From Macrostomum lignano (lineage: Eukaryota): 64,000 nt of DNA. The DNA is taken from the NCBI GenBank assembly GCA_002269645.1, contig NIVC01000598.1, positions 780,286 through 844,285 of the forward strand. Direction: 5' to 3'. Made by a program: the position numbers and the translations under genes. The notes beneath the pieces were generated by a model, which ran no database searches, was not told the DNA's origin, and saw nothing but the letters and a program-made list of their open reading frames with translations. Below are positions 11,578 to 25,700 of this stretch, in pieces; positions within the stretch are counted from its first letter, which is position 1, and each line of letters begins with the position of its first letter.

Positions 11578-12366
11578 TTTGGAAGGCCGTCGAGTAAGTA
11601 GGAATGAGAAGGCAGCACTGAGTGAGAGGCTTTGAGCTTGAGAATCTCAACAAACTGGGGAAGTGGCGCAGAGCCGATGCAGTCAAACTCTGCTTTAGTA
11701 GGAAAGTCTATCGTCTTGGGGCCTGGCTAATGTTTCCATGGAAACTTTGAGAAACAAACTGACAGAGAGAAACATGTGAGAAAGCGAGAGAGGACGGGAG
11801 CGACAGGGATAGAAAAGGAGATAAAGACCATACAATCGTGGCAATGGGGGACGGGTGTTGGTATTCTCTTAAGCGTTAAGCTGATCTGAGCTAGGCTGCG
11901 TTGGCCAAGTCCGCCTGAGCTGTAGTGAAGTGTTTAGAATATTTGCAGCGTTTCTTCAGTTCTCTTCGTGCAATGTGCTGCTCTCTAATCGTCAATATTC
12001 CTTCTCCAGCTCTCCCTCTTCCCGCTGATAAACCGCGAAGATGTACGAGCGCGTAACATTGTGCAGACACTTTTTTGTCCTTGTTCAATTTCAACCGTTG
12101 GGTTTATGTTTATTTACCCTGAACAGTTTTTTACTTAGAAGCCCAAGAGCTCGATTTATTCATAGCCAAAATAATAAAAGGGGCCATCATAAACCCGAAA
12201 TATCATACATGTTTAGCTCGTACATGAAGTCCGAAAATTGGAACAAGTGAAGGAGAACTGTGCATGGACTCCACTGAGCAATGGAGTCCAAAAGCCCACT
12301 GCCGTTCAACTCGAAGACGGAGACACGCGTTCCCTTTGCAAATTATACGAGCTAAAAAGCAAAGGC

Positions 12367-12377
12367 AAAATGGCGGC
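12367..12377 (+). promoter_or_regulatory. YY1-like motif AAAATGGCGGC in the region between two divergent genes
   Basis: Matches the YY1 consensus. A candidate non-coding-exon donor AAAG|GTGAGT follows 12946. This rests on the motif match alone. Confidence 0.25.
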
Positions 12378-13990
12378 TCCTCCAAAGTCAGTAGAGACCG
12401 CAGTGTTTGTACATGTACATAATACATGTACCTTCAATTCCAAATTTATAATACGCGCGAGCGTAAAAGTATACATTTCTATATCTTCAAATCTATAGGT
12501 TTACCTTATATCAGAAAATATGTCCAGAAAAAGCATTTTTGGAGAAAGGGAGCTTGGTTTCATACTATACATGTAGGCTACTGTGTATTTGGGTACTGTG
12601 TACTGCACACATGTGCACATGTGAACATTGATCACATTTGAACATACATAGTTTTGGCAAGCTGGACACCGACTTGTGAATATAGGCGAGTAAAACATTG
12701 TTTTACATGTATATGTATCGCTCAACACAACGCTATTTCGTCCATTTTTGGGCGCAACTGTGTGATATGTCGAGGGGGACAAGAAAACTAGTTGTTTGCA
12801 GGCTAAAAAATTGGGTCTTTCGCGTCACAATTTCGACTGAGCCTTTGCATGATACTATTTTAATCCAAAAAGCTTCGCGAGGAGCAAGCTTTATATGAAG
12901 CAAATCCAGAAGTAAGCAAAAGACATTTTTAGACTTTGCCACAAAGGTGAGTTTCGTTTTGCGTTCTATTTATAATTTAAATTACAATAAACTGTTAACT
13001 ATTAAAACAAGTTTTCTCCTAAGTTTAATGAAAAACGCTGATATACATATGCCTTCGCCAGATATGTATTAGTTTTACATAATAAATTTACAGAAAAGCA
13101 AATTTTTGCTCTTAATATACAAAAGATTGTTGTCAACCAAATATATCATCCCGCCTATTCAATGAGGCTTTTCATGATGATCGCTGAGATCCATTCGAGT
13201 TCGAGCCAAGAGAGGCCACCTATGCAAAAACGAACTGTAGGCTGTAGCCCAAACGCCGATAATCGTTTGAGAGTAATTATCAGCACTTTTCTTCAAGTTT
13301 TTTGAAACATCGAAAATTCAATTCAGTTCAATGAAGTTCAGTTCAGTTCAGCTCAATTCAATTCACCAGTTCCCAATTACTGTTTTTTTCGCAGGCATGA
13401 TATCTGTTAATTTTTTGCATTTTATTTGGCTTTTAGTATTTTTACTGCTAGAGAAATATAAGAACAACTTTTTGTTTCAAAATTAAATATTTAATTTTGC
13501 AAATCACTAGTTTTCTTAGGTAGACAGACAATAAAATTTGAAATTTCTACATTATTTTTTAGCAAAATACTAAATAATAGGTTAAGGCCAGATATACTAG
13601 TAGGCTACAGCCTGGTTGGACTGGAATGATCTTAGCCTACATCCAAATGGTCTAGTCTGAATTTTCAGAAAATTTCTTGTTTATTTCTAGAAAATTATTA
13701 GAATTAAAAAATGTATAATATATTTTAAATATATGTCTATGTTAAGTTGGGATCTTCATGTGTAACTTTGCCTTTATATATTTTTTGCTTTTATGTGCTA
13801 GTTAATGGATTTTTAAGTTAATAATTTTAGTTAATAAAGCATTATTGTATTGCTGCTTTGCTAGTTTAGAATTGAAGTTTTTGTTTAAGACAACTATTAT
13901 TATTCAAATTTTGTATCCTTATATATACATAATCATAACTAATTTGTGGTAAAATTAAATAATAACAATTTTTTTCTTCATGGCGACTGG

Positions 13991-16900
13991 ATGAATCGCC
14001 AGCAGCAGCTGTCCAGACTGAATCAACAGCAATGGGTGAGAGAGATTGATAGCCACCTGCGGCTGGGAGGCCAGCGCCTGCGCGCCAAGCAATCCTCGGA
14101 GGCGCTGGACAGCTACCAACGCGCCTACCGACTGGCCCTGCGCCTCGCCGACGCCAAACTGATCCGCGCATGCGCCTTCAATTTAGGCGCCTGCCTTGTG
14201 GCTCGCGGCGACTACGACAAAGCGGTGAACTATCTGCAACTGGTGCTGCCCTCCGAGCGGGACGAGCCTCCCGTGCCCTATGTGGCCGACGTGCACTTTA
14301 ACCTGGCCGTGGCGCACGATCGCCTTGGCAACGCCGAGGCCGCCCAGGAGGCCTACAGGACTGCCTTCCTGCTGTACGGCGGCGCCGACAAGCCGCAGCT
14401 GCAGTGCGAAGTGGCGCTGAAAATTGCCAGGTAAGTTTGGATGCTAAAATTGAACTATCGCTAATTTCTGACTTGAAAACTTAATTTCGATTTATATCGT
14501 CCATATGCAAGTTGTCAGTTCAAAATGATTAACTTCGATGATCTGTTGAAAGTTACTTTCGATACATATCGTCAAAACGCTTGTATGCAGTTTTTCAGTT
14601 CTAAATGGTTAACTTCGTTGATCAACTGAAGATTCATTTCGATACATATCGTCAAAACGCTTGTATGCAGTTTTTCAGTTCTAAATGGTTAACTTCGTTG
14701 ATCAACTGAAGATTCATTTCGATACATATCGGCTCTAAACTGTTTTCCTCTAATTAATTAGCGACGCCGAATCTCGCGGCAACAACGCGGAGGCGCGCTC
14801 CTATTATCTGGCCGCGATGCAGGCCTGCCAGGGCAACCAGGCGCTCACCGAGTGGCGGCTCCGTTGCCAGGTGAAGCACGCGGCTGTCAGTCATCGGCTT
14901 GGCGACGACAGGCCGCTTGAAGGCCTAGCGGAGTGCGAGTCCGCTGCGCACCTGGTGCCAGGCAGGGCTGCCAGGGTGCAGCTGCTGAATGAAATCGGAA
15001 TTACCTATATGCAAGCTAACAGGTAAAGCTTTCTAGTATAAATTCAGTAAATAACTCGATTAGAAATACTAGCGTCTACTAGTAGGGACACTAGCAGGAC
15101 ATCGGGACACTAGCAGGACATCGGGACACTAGCAGGACATCGGGACACTAGCAGGACATCGGGACACTAGCAGGACATCGGGACACTAGCAGGACATCGG
15201 GACACTAGCAGGACATCGGGACACTAGCAGGACATCGGGACACTAGCAGGACATCGGGACACTAGCAGGACATCGGGACACTAGCAGGACATCGGGACAC
15301 TAGCAGGACATCGGGACACTAGCAGGACATCGGGACACTAGCAGGACATCGGGACACTAGTAGGGCATGCGGACACTGTCAACTCAACTGTCCCAATCGT
15401 CAGGTACTCTGCCGCGGCGGAATCTTTTACATCTGCCATGCACTCGGTCGGCGGCGTCGGTGGTGACGACCCGGCCTTTCAACGGGCGGCGCTGTTGCAG
15501 AACTTGGCGGGCGCTCTGACGGCCCTCGGGCGTCACCGCGAGGCGCTGGCAAAGTACACAGAGACTGTCAGGCTGTTTAGGTCAGCCACAACGCCTAGCA
15601 GCCAGGGTTTGGGCCACTGCTACCTCAACATGGCGCTCTGCTATGCCCACCTAAAACGGGTGAACAGCAGCGCGGAGTCCTACGAGATGGCGCTGCAGTT
15701 TGCTAAGGAGGCCGGTTGGTGGAATCCTCGCTTGTTGCTTTGCTAAATTTCTTTAAAAAACAAACACAACGATTTCTAGTGACTGAATAATCTGAAGTTT
15801 TGTGAAGTTAATAATTAGTTTAATTCTAGGATACAACGACCAGTCATTAGTCACAGAGATTAGTAGTTACAAATACTTGTCAGTAGTTACAAAGACTTGT
15901 CACCAGTTGCAAAGACTTGTCACCAGTTACAAAGACTTTTCACCAGTTACAAATACTTTTCAGTAGTTACAAAGGCTTGTCACCAGTTGCAAAGACTTGT
16001 CACCAGTTACAAAGACTTTTCACCAGTTACAAATACTTTTCAGTAGTTACAAAGACTTGTCACCAGTTGCAAAGACTTGTCAGTGGTTACAAAGACTTGT
16101 CAGTGGTTACAAAGACTTGTCACCAGTTACAAGGACTTGTCAGTGGTTACAAAGACTTGTCAGTGGTTACAAAGACTTGTCAGTGGTTACAGAGTTGTCA
16201 CCAGTTACAAAGACTTGTCACCAGTTACAAAGACTTGTCACCAGTTACAAAGACTTGTCACCAGTTACAAAGACTTGTCAGTAGGTACAAGACTCGAATC
16301 CTAATCTCCAGGCGACAAGACCACCCAGTGGCAGGCGCTCGAAGGTCTCGGCGCGGTGGACTTCAACTCTGGACACAATCAATCGGCCACGGCCAGGTTT
16401 GCCGAGGCCCTGGCGCTCGCTAGCGACACCGAGGAGGCCCGGGTTCGAATCGCCGCCAAGCTTCAACGTGCCGGCGGCGGTGGCAGTCGCCGTAGCCGCG
16501 GCGGCAGTGGGCGTCGGCATCGGTGGAGCAGCGAACTTCCAGGAGGCAGCCGCCGAAGTGGCAGCTTCCTGCAGGGAATCGACGAAGACGGCGGCGACAG
16601 CCTGTTGGGCGGTTTCGGCGACGGAGTCGAAGGCGAAGGTGCGGACGACAGCGAGGAGGAGCCGGAGGAGGTGCAGGAGGCGCGGCGACGACTACGGCAG
16701 GCAGTTTACGGAGAGCCCGCCTATGGTTTGTCAACCGAAAAGGTTGGTGTTGCTGCTGCTGGTGTCACTGAGGTCAGGGGTAGCTCAGGTGTCATGGAGG
16801 CCAGGGGTAGCTCAGCTGTCATGGAGGCCAGGGGTAGCTCAGGTGTCATGGAGGCCAGGGGTAGCTCAGGTGTCATGGAGGTCAGGGGTAGCTCAGGTGT

Positions 16901-17358
16901 CATGGAGGCCAGGGGTAGCTCAGGTGTCATGGAGGTCAGGGGTATCTCAGGTGTCATAGAGACCTGGAGGTACCACGAGTGCCATGGCGCAGGTCAGAGG
17001 GTGTCTCAGGAGTCACAGAGGTCAGGAGGAGTAGGGTGGCTAATATCTCACTGCGAGATGAAATGGAATTAAAATATTTTGCTCTGTACCTGCCGCAGGT
17101 GTCCGATGAGACAGAGAAAGCTTACGAAGCCCAAACATCAGAGAGGGACTCTGAATCTGAGGACGAGGATGAGCAAAATGACAACAACGAAAGCATCGAC
17201 AAGGAATTGGTCGTGCCAAAAAAATCAAGGAAGAATGCCGCTGGGGTTCAAGGCAGGAATGCATTGGGCAGGTGAGTAAAACAGCTTCCTGATGAAGGTT
17301 GGTTATTGAATAGTTAGTTAGTTAGTCAGTCAGTCAATTACTTAGCTACGCTCGTAGC

Positions 17359-17420
<62 letters not shown>

Positions 17421-17628
17421 AATAGTTAGTTAGTTACTTAGTTAGTTAATTAGTTAGTTGGTTAGTTGGTTAGTTAGTTAGTTAGTTAGTTGGTTAGTTG
17501 GTTAGTTGGTTAGTTAGTTAGTTAGTTAGTTAGTTGGTTAGTTGGTTAGTTAGTTAGTTAGTTAGTTGGTTAGTTGGTTAGTTAGTTAGTTAGTTAGTTA
17601 GTTGGTTAGTTAGTTAGTTAGTTAGTTG

Positions 17629-17675
<47 letters not shown>

Positions 17676-17676
17676 G

Positions 17677-17710
<34 letters not shown>

Positions 17711-17720
17711 CGGTTAGTTG

Positions 17721-17755
<35 letters not shown>

Positions 17756-17864
17756 GGTTAGTTAGTTAGTTAGTTGGTTAGTTAGTTAGTTAGTTAGTTG
17801 GTTAGTTGGTTAGTTAGTTAGTTAGTTAGTTAGTTGGTTAGTTAGTTAGTTAGTTAGTTAGTTG

Positions 17865-17938
<74 letters not shown>

Positions 17939-19058
17939 CGGTTAGTTAGTTAGTTAGTTAGTTAGTCAGTTAGTAAGTTAGTTAGTTAGTCAGTTAGTTA
18001 GTTAGTTAGTTAGTCAGTTAGTTAGTTAGTTAGTTAGTCAGTTAATTAGTTAATTAGATATTTCTGACCGTCATCTGCAGGCACGCTCTGTGCCCTGAGA
18101 GCTTTGCTCTCCGCATTAGGGTGAATCTCACACAAGCCCTTAGTTAGTTTTCATGCATGAATCGCAACATTAATGCCTGGGCCATCGAGTGCATCATTCT
18201 CACAGTATTTTTAATTTTGTATAAAGCATTCCTAACCTAACCAATAGCCGCTAATCCTTAACCATTGGTTGCCCCTAGCAACGCTGATCGACTGCGCGCC
18301 TTCATCCGGGCGGAGCTACTGGCTTTGAAGGCCAACGACGAGGCCGCTCTGTCGCCTCGCTGCCAATCGGCTGACGGCGTCAGAAGCTGTCAGCGAAGGT
18401 GGCTCCTTTGCTGTTCCGAATGTTGTCTCTTGTCTCTTTGCCTTTCTGTTTCGACTAGTTACTTGCTATGCCGTCTTCTGCATCCGTTTTAAAGCTTTTG
18501 CTTGCGAAAAAATCTCCGTGTTTTTTCTAACCACTTTACTATGAGTAGCAAACAAAGTTTTTTTTCCGCTAAATTGATAACTATTTCGTTTGCAATTCCG
18601 ACTCTCTTCCAGACGCGTGGATGGCATGATGGAGACCAGGCCGCTCATGTCGGTCGGCTCCATTCAGAATGTCGCCAATGTGCTGCACGGAGCTCGGCAG
18701 GGCATTGAGCACAGGTGAGTACTGCTAGTTTGCTTTTATGCACCATGGCAACTGGAAAGCACCCGAATTTTAGGCCGGCATTTCTATTATTGCAATTGCA
18801 GGCCGCAAAGCGACGTTGTGCTCTACGAGGGACGCGAACTCAGAAATTCGGGAGGCGTCGACAGCACGGATTCTGGTCGCCCGAGGCGGGTTCGCCGGGT
18901 TGACAGCAAGCTGTGAGTGGCGGAGTTGACCTGATAGGTTTGCCCCAAACAGTTTTTTTGATTCGACTTACTGTGCTGTTTCCAGCTCCGGCAAGGCTCG
19001 CTTGGAGACTGCAGGCTCCGATGAAGATGACAGAATCCCTGTCAGGTTTGTACTTGCC

Positions 19059-19102
<44 letters not shown>

Positions 19103-19104
19103 CC

Positions 19105-19171
<67 letters not shown>

Positions 19172-19192
19172 TAGTGTCTGTCTGTCTGTCCC

Positions 19193-19227
<35 letters not shown>

Positions 19228-19242
19228 TAGTGTCTGTCTTAG

Positions 19243-19322
<80 letters not shown>

Positions 19323-19323
19323 G

Positions 19324-19355
<32 letters not shown>

Positions 19356-19356
19356 T

Positions 19357-19395
<39 letters not shown>

Positions 19396-19398
19396 TAG

Positions 19399-19481
<83 letters not shown>

Positions 19482-19506
19482 GTGTCTGTCTGTCTGTCTG
19501 TCTGTG

Positions 19507-19538
<32 letters not shown>

Positions 19539-19566
19539 GGTCTGTCTGTCTGTCTGTCTGTCTGTG

Positions 19567-19603
<37 letters not shown>

Positions 19604-19606
19604 TAG

Positions 19607-19643
<37 letters not shown>

Positions 19644-19646
19644 TAG

Positions 19647-19743
<97 letters not shown>

Positions 19744-22700
19744 ATCTGTCTGTTTGTCCCTGTCAAATACTACTTAGGTTCGTTACTATCCTTTTAGGGA
19801 GCGAGTTCTTCAACAACTGCAACAGCCACCTCAGATGCAGGAGGATCAGCAGCAGCAGCAGCAGCAGCGGCCAGTCAGCAGACACCGCAGCGACTCTGGC
19901 GACGGGTCCAGCCCAGACTTTGTTCTGCCGAAGCGGCCGCACAAGCCGCCGAGGGACAGTCTGAGGTGAGAGACCCGGCAAGCGGAGCAGCATTGCATCT
20001 CATTTCAGCATCCAAAATGCAGCACAGTGTGATTGAAATGATCTTGAAGACCCAAGCCAATTGATTAAGACAGAAATATTATTTTCTTATCGAATTGCAC
20101 GAATATTTATCGAGTGAAAACTGTACAACACAGACTAGACTAACAACCAATTAATTCCGAGTAAACTTTTAGAGCTAACGCCCAAACTGATATTTATTGA
20201 TCGATTGCTTCGATAAGAAATATACCAGATTCTAAACCGTGCCACATTGTTTAGACTAAAATTTTATTCACAATTATTGAATTTCTACGCATTAAAAGGT
20301 CCTGACTATTCAGTGTCTAAGTTTCTTATCGCGGCCTAGCTATTTATAGAGAGGAGCTTGGACGTACAAATTGTACATTCATATCGTAGGATTGCTATTT
20401 TTAGATACAGTGTACACTATCGATGGGTTGCTATTTTTAGATACAGTGTACACTATCGATGGGTTGCTATTTTTATATACAGTGTACACTATCGATGGGT
20501 TGCTATTTTTATATACTCGTACAGTGTACACTATCGCCGGGTTGCTACTTTTAGAAGTTTTCGGGCAGCCTGACCAAAGATGATAAAGTCTTCTTAAATT
20601 TTGACCCACAAAACCCCTCCTTCATGCTCTCATTGGCTGGAGGGTTTCAAACACACTTAGGATGATGTATCACAACCTTGCAAACACACCCCTACATTTA
20701 TCTCCCTACCCACCACCACGGCCAGCGAGTCCTCCCTTCCTAGCTAGTTTTTAAACCAATCGCAATCCTTATCAGCTATCTAATCTAACCAGAAGAATGT
20801 ACATAGAAGACCTTTCCCCAAATTGCATTAACCGATTAGCCAATCAGCGATGAGCAGCTTGCACATTACCTAGGCGCGAATTGCTGGATTAATAAAAATG
20901 ACAAGTAATCGATAGTATCTTCATAAATTTGATTATGATTTGGTTTTTAGACGATCTGCCGCTGCTGCTCCAGCCGTCACTGATCGGTGAGACTGGAGAG
21001 GGAGAGGCTTCGAAGCCTCATCAAGCTTAGCCCAGACGTATTAACTTCCTTGCGTTTCAGCTGATATATCTTATTGTAGTTTAGGGTTTCTATATCTGTT
21101 TCTCTATCCATATAGTTCCTCTGCAGTAGCATGGCTGCACTTGATGAATTTACAGTCTTACTTTGCCCTCCCACAGAAAAAGCAAAATAATTCTGGATAG
21201 AACTCAACACCTATAAAGATTATACCATGCCTTAACAGATGCTGTTATTATTTTCATTTTATTGAAATAATTTTTCGATTTAAAAATACAATTTTTCATT
21301 TTTTCGCAGCCAAACCAGCGATGACAACAACAATGGCTTGAACTCAAGCCGGAGTCAGCGGTCGCAGGACCAGCAGCAGCTGTCCCTGTCTGCCAGCGGA
21401 AACTCTGGCGGAGGACGCCAGGATGCGCTGAGAGCCGCTTCGCAGAGTTTGCAGAAACTGGCTGAAGAGATTGAGGTAACAGTGGAACTTGTGTGATGTC
21501 TTTACTGTGATGCTAGGCATTCACGCTGGCAATGCTGTATTCACACAGACAGCAGCGCTGTATTCACACAGACAGCAGCACTGTATTCACACAGACAGTA
21601 GCACTGTATTCACACAGACAGTAGCACTGTATTCACACAGACAGTAGCACTGTATTCACACAGACAGTAGCACTGTATTCACACAGACAGTAGCACTGTA
21701 TTCACACAGACAGCAGCGCTGTATTCACACAGACAGTAGCACTGTATTCACACAGACAGTAGCACTGTATTCACACAGACAGCAGCACTGTATTCACACA
21801 GACAGTAGCACTGTATTCACACAGACAGCAGCACTGTATTCACACTCACTCCAACGCTCTCACAGTCCAAAGAGCCGCCCGATGAGTACTCAACAATTCG
21901 CAGCAACGAAGCCGCCGCTCCAGTGGACGAAACTGAGAAAGATTCTCGGCCAACACTACCGACCAGACCCGCCGTTGACGCTGCCGCTGCCGCTGCCGCC
22001 GACACCGCCGCCGCAGCCGCCGCCGCCGTTGGCGACAAAGCCAGCAGGCCCCGAGTGCAGTCACGTCGAACAGCCTCGCTAATTTCCAGTTCGACAACCA
22101 CAGGAACTGCAGACAACGATCTGTCCACGGTGTCAACTTCGTCGGCGTCAACAACGGATGACGATGACAGCGACGGCAGCAGCTCGACTGTCACCAACGG
22201 CGACGATGCTGACAGAAAGCTGAAGGGAGCGACTGGCCAAACGCCGAACTCAAAGGGTGAGCAATGCCAAACTCTTGACTCTCGATATTCTCGATCTCGA
22301 ATTGTGAATCTTGATATTGCGATAAAAAGACTGTTGAAGAGCATTTGTAGCATTACTTCACAGTGATGTTGTGAGCGCCGCAATGACATGCAACTGACAT
22401 TCTGTTGTTGACATGAATCTTCACTAACTTGCAGCTGGTTCAGCACCTGGTGAGCAGGCCAGCGCTGGCGGCGGCAGCGGCGGAGATGACAGCCAGGCGA
22501 CCCGCCGTGAGCTGTGAGTGTTAACTAAAGTTTATCTCCTAATTAATTAGTATATTAACAAACAATATGCCCGACTTTCTTAAAGACCAACTCAGTTACT
22601 GCCTTACTGAGGCTGTAATTATCAAACCAGTAAGAAAAATTGAACGAACTTGTCATTTTAGCGATGACGGAAGTTCCGCAGAGCTTCAGTAAGAGATGCT

Positions 22701-25700
22701 GCTTTGAATGAGGCTTTGTCCTACAGTTTATATAAACACGCGCTATTCACGTTTGCATGTTTAATTCTCTACTTACAGTAGACTAGTAAGTGTAGCATTT
22801 TATTTCCATGGGAGTTGATAAAAGTTCATGTTTTACTGTCATATAATTTGCCGTAAACTACTACTAATATATGATAGTTATATTTTGTTTCTTAGGTTAT
22901 AGAGATATTTCTTATAATAATTATTGCAGTCTTTCATCGAATTGAGCTCACGTTCTTACGAGGAGACTGAGATGACTCACTGGTGATGCGTGAGTTCGAT
23001 CTCCAGACGGACTCCCTGACTTAGTCGTCGCATTCATCTGTAGAATAATAAAATTAACCCACCTGTAATCACATTTTAATCATCATTTAAGCAATTTAAT
23101 AAGCAAGTTTGAGTTGATTCTGATAATTGTGTTTGACACCTAACCCAATCAGTTTATTGATTGCATTACCAAATAGGTAATATGGCTGCTTAAAAATACC
23201 TGTCTCCCAGATCCTCGGTTGCTGGGCCAGTCTCCCAGATCCTCGGTTGCTGGGCCAGTCTCCCAGATCCTCGGTTGCTGGGCCAGTCTCCCAGATCCTC
23301 GGTTGCTGGGCCAGTCTCCCAGATCCTCGGTTGCTAAGCCAGTCTCCCAGATCCTCGGTTGCTAAGCCAGTCTCCCAGATCCTCGGTTGCTGGGCCAGCC
23401 TCCCAGAGTGTCAGTTGCTGGGCCAGCCTCCCAGAGTGTCAGTTGCTGGGCCAGCCTCCCAGAGTGTCAGTTGCTAGGCCAGCCTCCCAGATCCTCAGTT
23501 GCTGGGCCAGCCTCCCACATCCCCAGTTGCTGGGCCAGCATCCCAGATCCTCAGTTGCTGGGCCAGCCTCCCACATCCCCAGTTGCTGGGCCAGCATCCC
23601 AGAGTGTCAGTTGCTGGGCCAGCCTCCCAGATCCTCAGTTGCTGGGCCAGCCTCCCACATCCCCAGTTGCTGGGCCAGCCTCCCACATCCCCAGTTGCTG
23701 GGCCAGCCTCCCAGATCCTCAGTTGCTGGGCCAGCCTACCAGATACAAAAATATGGTGTGCTTGCAGGTTAAATTAAAAACTAATTTTTCGCGATGCAGT
23801 GCTGCTAGTTACTATCATATATTTCGAAATCGTGTGACAATAGATTAATTCAGGGAAAAAATATAAGAGTAACAGACAAATATTTTTAATGCCTTTGGGT
23901 TGCGATATATGTGCATTACTATTTATTGTCTTTAATTAACTCGATAATACTAACTATAACTCTCTAACCCTCTGGCGCCAACGTTAAAAGACAGTACTCA
24001 GTACCAATACACTAGACACAAACATGACTCAGACACGATTCCGACACGACTCAGACACGACTCAGACACTACTCAGACACGACTCAGACACTACTCAGAC
24101 ACTACTCAGACACTAATCAGACACTACTCAGACACTAATCAGACACTACTCAGACACTACTCAGACACTAATCAGACACTACTCAGACACTAATCAGACA
24201 CTACTCAGACACTACTCAGACACTACTCAGACACTACTCAGACACTACTCAGACACTACTCAGACACTAATCAGACACTACTCAGACACTACTCAGACAC
24301 TAATCAGACACTACTCAGACACTACTCAGACACTACTCAGACACGACTCAGACACTACTCAGACACTACTCAGACACGACTCAGACACTACTCAGACACG
24401 ACTCAGACACTACTCAGACACTACTCAGACACTAATCAGACACTACTCAGACACTAATCAGACACTACTCAGACACTACTCAGACACTAATCAGACACTA
24501 CTCAGACACTAATCAGACACTACTCAGACACTACTCAGACACTACTCAGACACTACTCAGACACTACTCAGACACTACTCAGACACTACTCAGACACTAC
24601 TCATATACGACTCAGACACTACTCAGACACGACCCAGACACTACTCAGACACGACTCAGACACGACTCAGACACTACTCAGACACGACTCAGACACTACT
24701 CAGACACGACTCAGACACGACTCAGACACGACTCAGACACGACTCAGACACTACTCAGACACGACTCAGACACGACTCAGACACGACTCAGACATGACTC
24801 AGACATCACTGTCGAGATGTGCCTCAAGGGATCACACACAGATAAGAGACACTTTATCTTTAAAAATGATTCCTTGAGCACACAAGAAAGCAAATGGGGT
24901 GCCCCCGCATCCCGGTAATCTCTGCTCTCTCGCCTCTGGCAGGTCAAGAATTCTCCAGCATCTCTAAGCCGATCCTAAGAAAACGATAATCCTAAAGAGC
25001 CAGAAACTACCCAAAGAAAATGAGGATAATCCTATTACTCCATGGGGTTCAAAGGATGGAGACTGCGCACTCAGTCTGAAGGGTTTTGCGTTTCTAAGAA
25101 AGTAGGATTCCAAGATCCAGTTTATCGGGAGGTGGAGACGAAAAAGTTTATCGCAAAATTGTTTTGTCTGCCCCCTAGACTAAGCCTAAACTTCCGACTG
25201 AGTTCATCCTTTCGAACAACGAGATTTTGCTCTCGCGTGTGCGTATTAATGGGGCTCCAGGACTGCCAGATCAAATTAATGTATCTGCGAAAAAAATTAA
25301 CAAACATATCAGTATTGTTACTTTCAATTTCTCCCTTTCTAGCTTTTTAGCGATTCGTGTCATAAATTAATGTTTTTTCTAAACAAAAAAAATAAAAGCC
25401 AACTATATAGACACTACTGAGATACTACTGAGTTACAGTTATACTACGTTACTGAAGACTACTCAGACACTACTCAAAGAATACTCAAAAACTACTCAGA
25501 CACTACTCAGACACTACTCAAACACTACTCAGACACTACCCGACACTACTCAAACACTACTCAAAGACTACTCAGACACTACTCAGACACTACTCAAACA
25601 CTAATCAGTCACTACTCAGACACTACTCAAACACTAATCAGTCACTACTCAGACACTACTCAAAGAATACTCAAAAACTACTCAGACACTGCTCAAACAC

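Noticed and set aside
16743-17072. In-frame SSGVMEARG repeat extension of TTC24-like exon 4
   Set aside because: A phase-matched donor at 16742 and acceptor at 17098 remove it. Retention would terminate at 17072.
24943-25010. Possible extra TTC24-like exon after CTGGCAG
   Set aside because: All frames stop quickly, and the phase-2 frame gives only 7 residues. The 26516 exon fits better.
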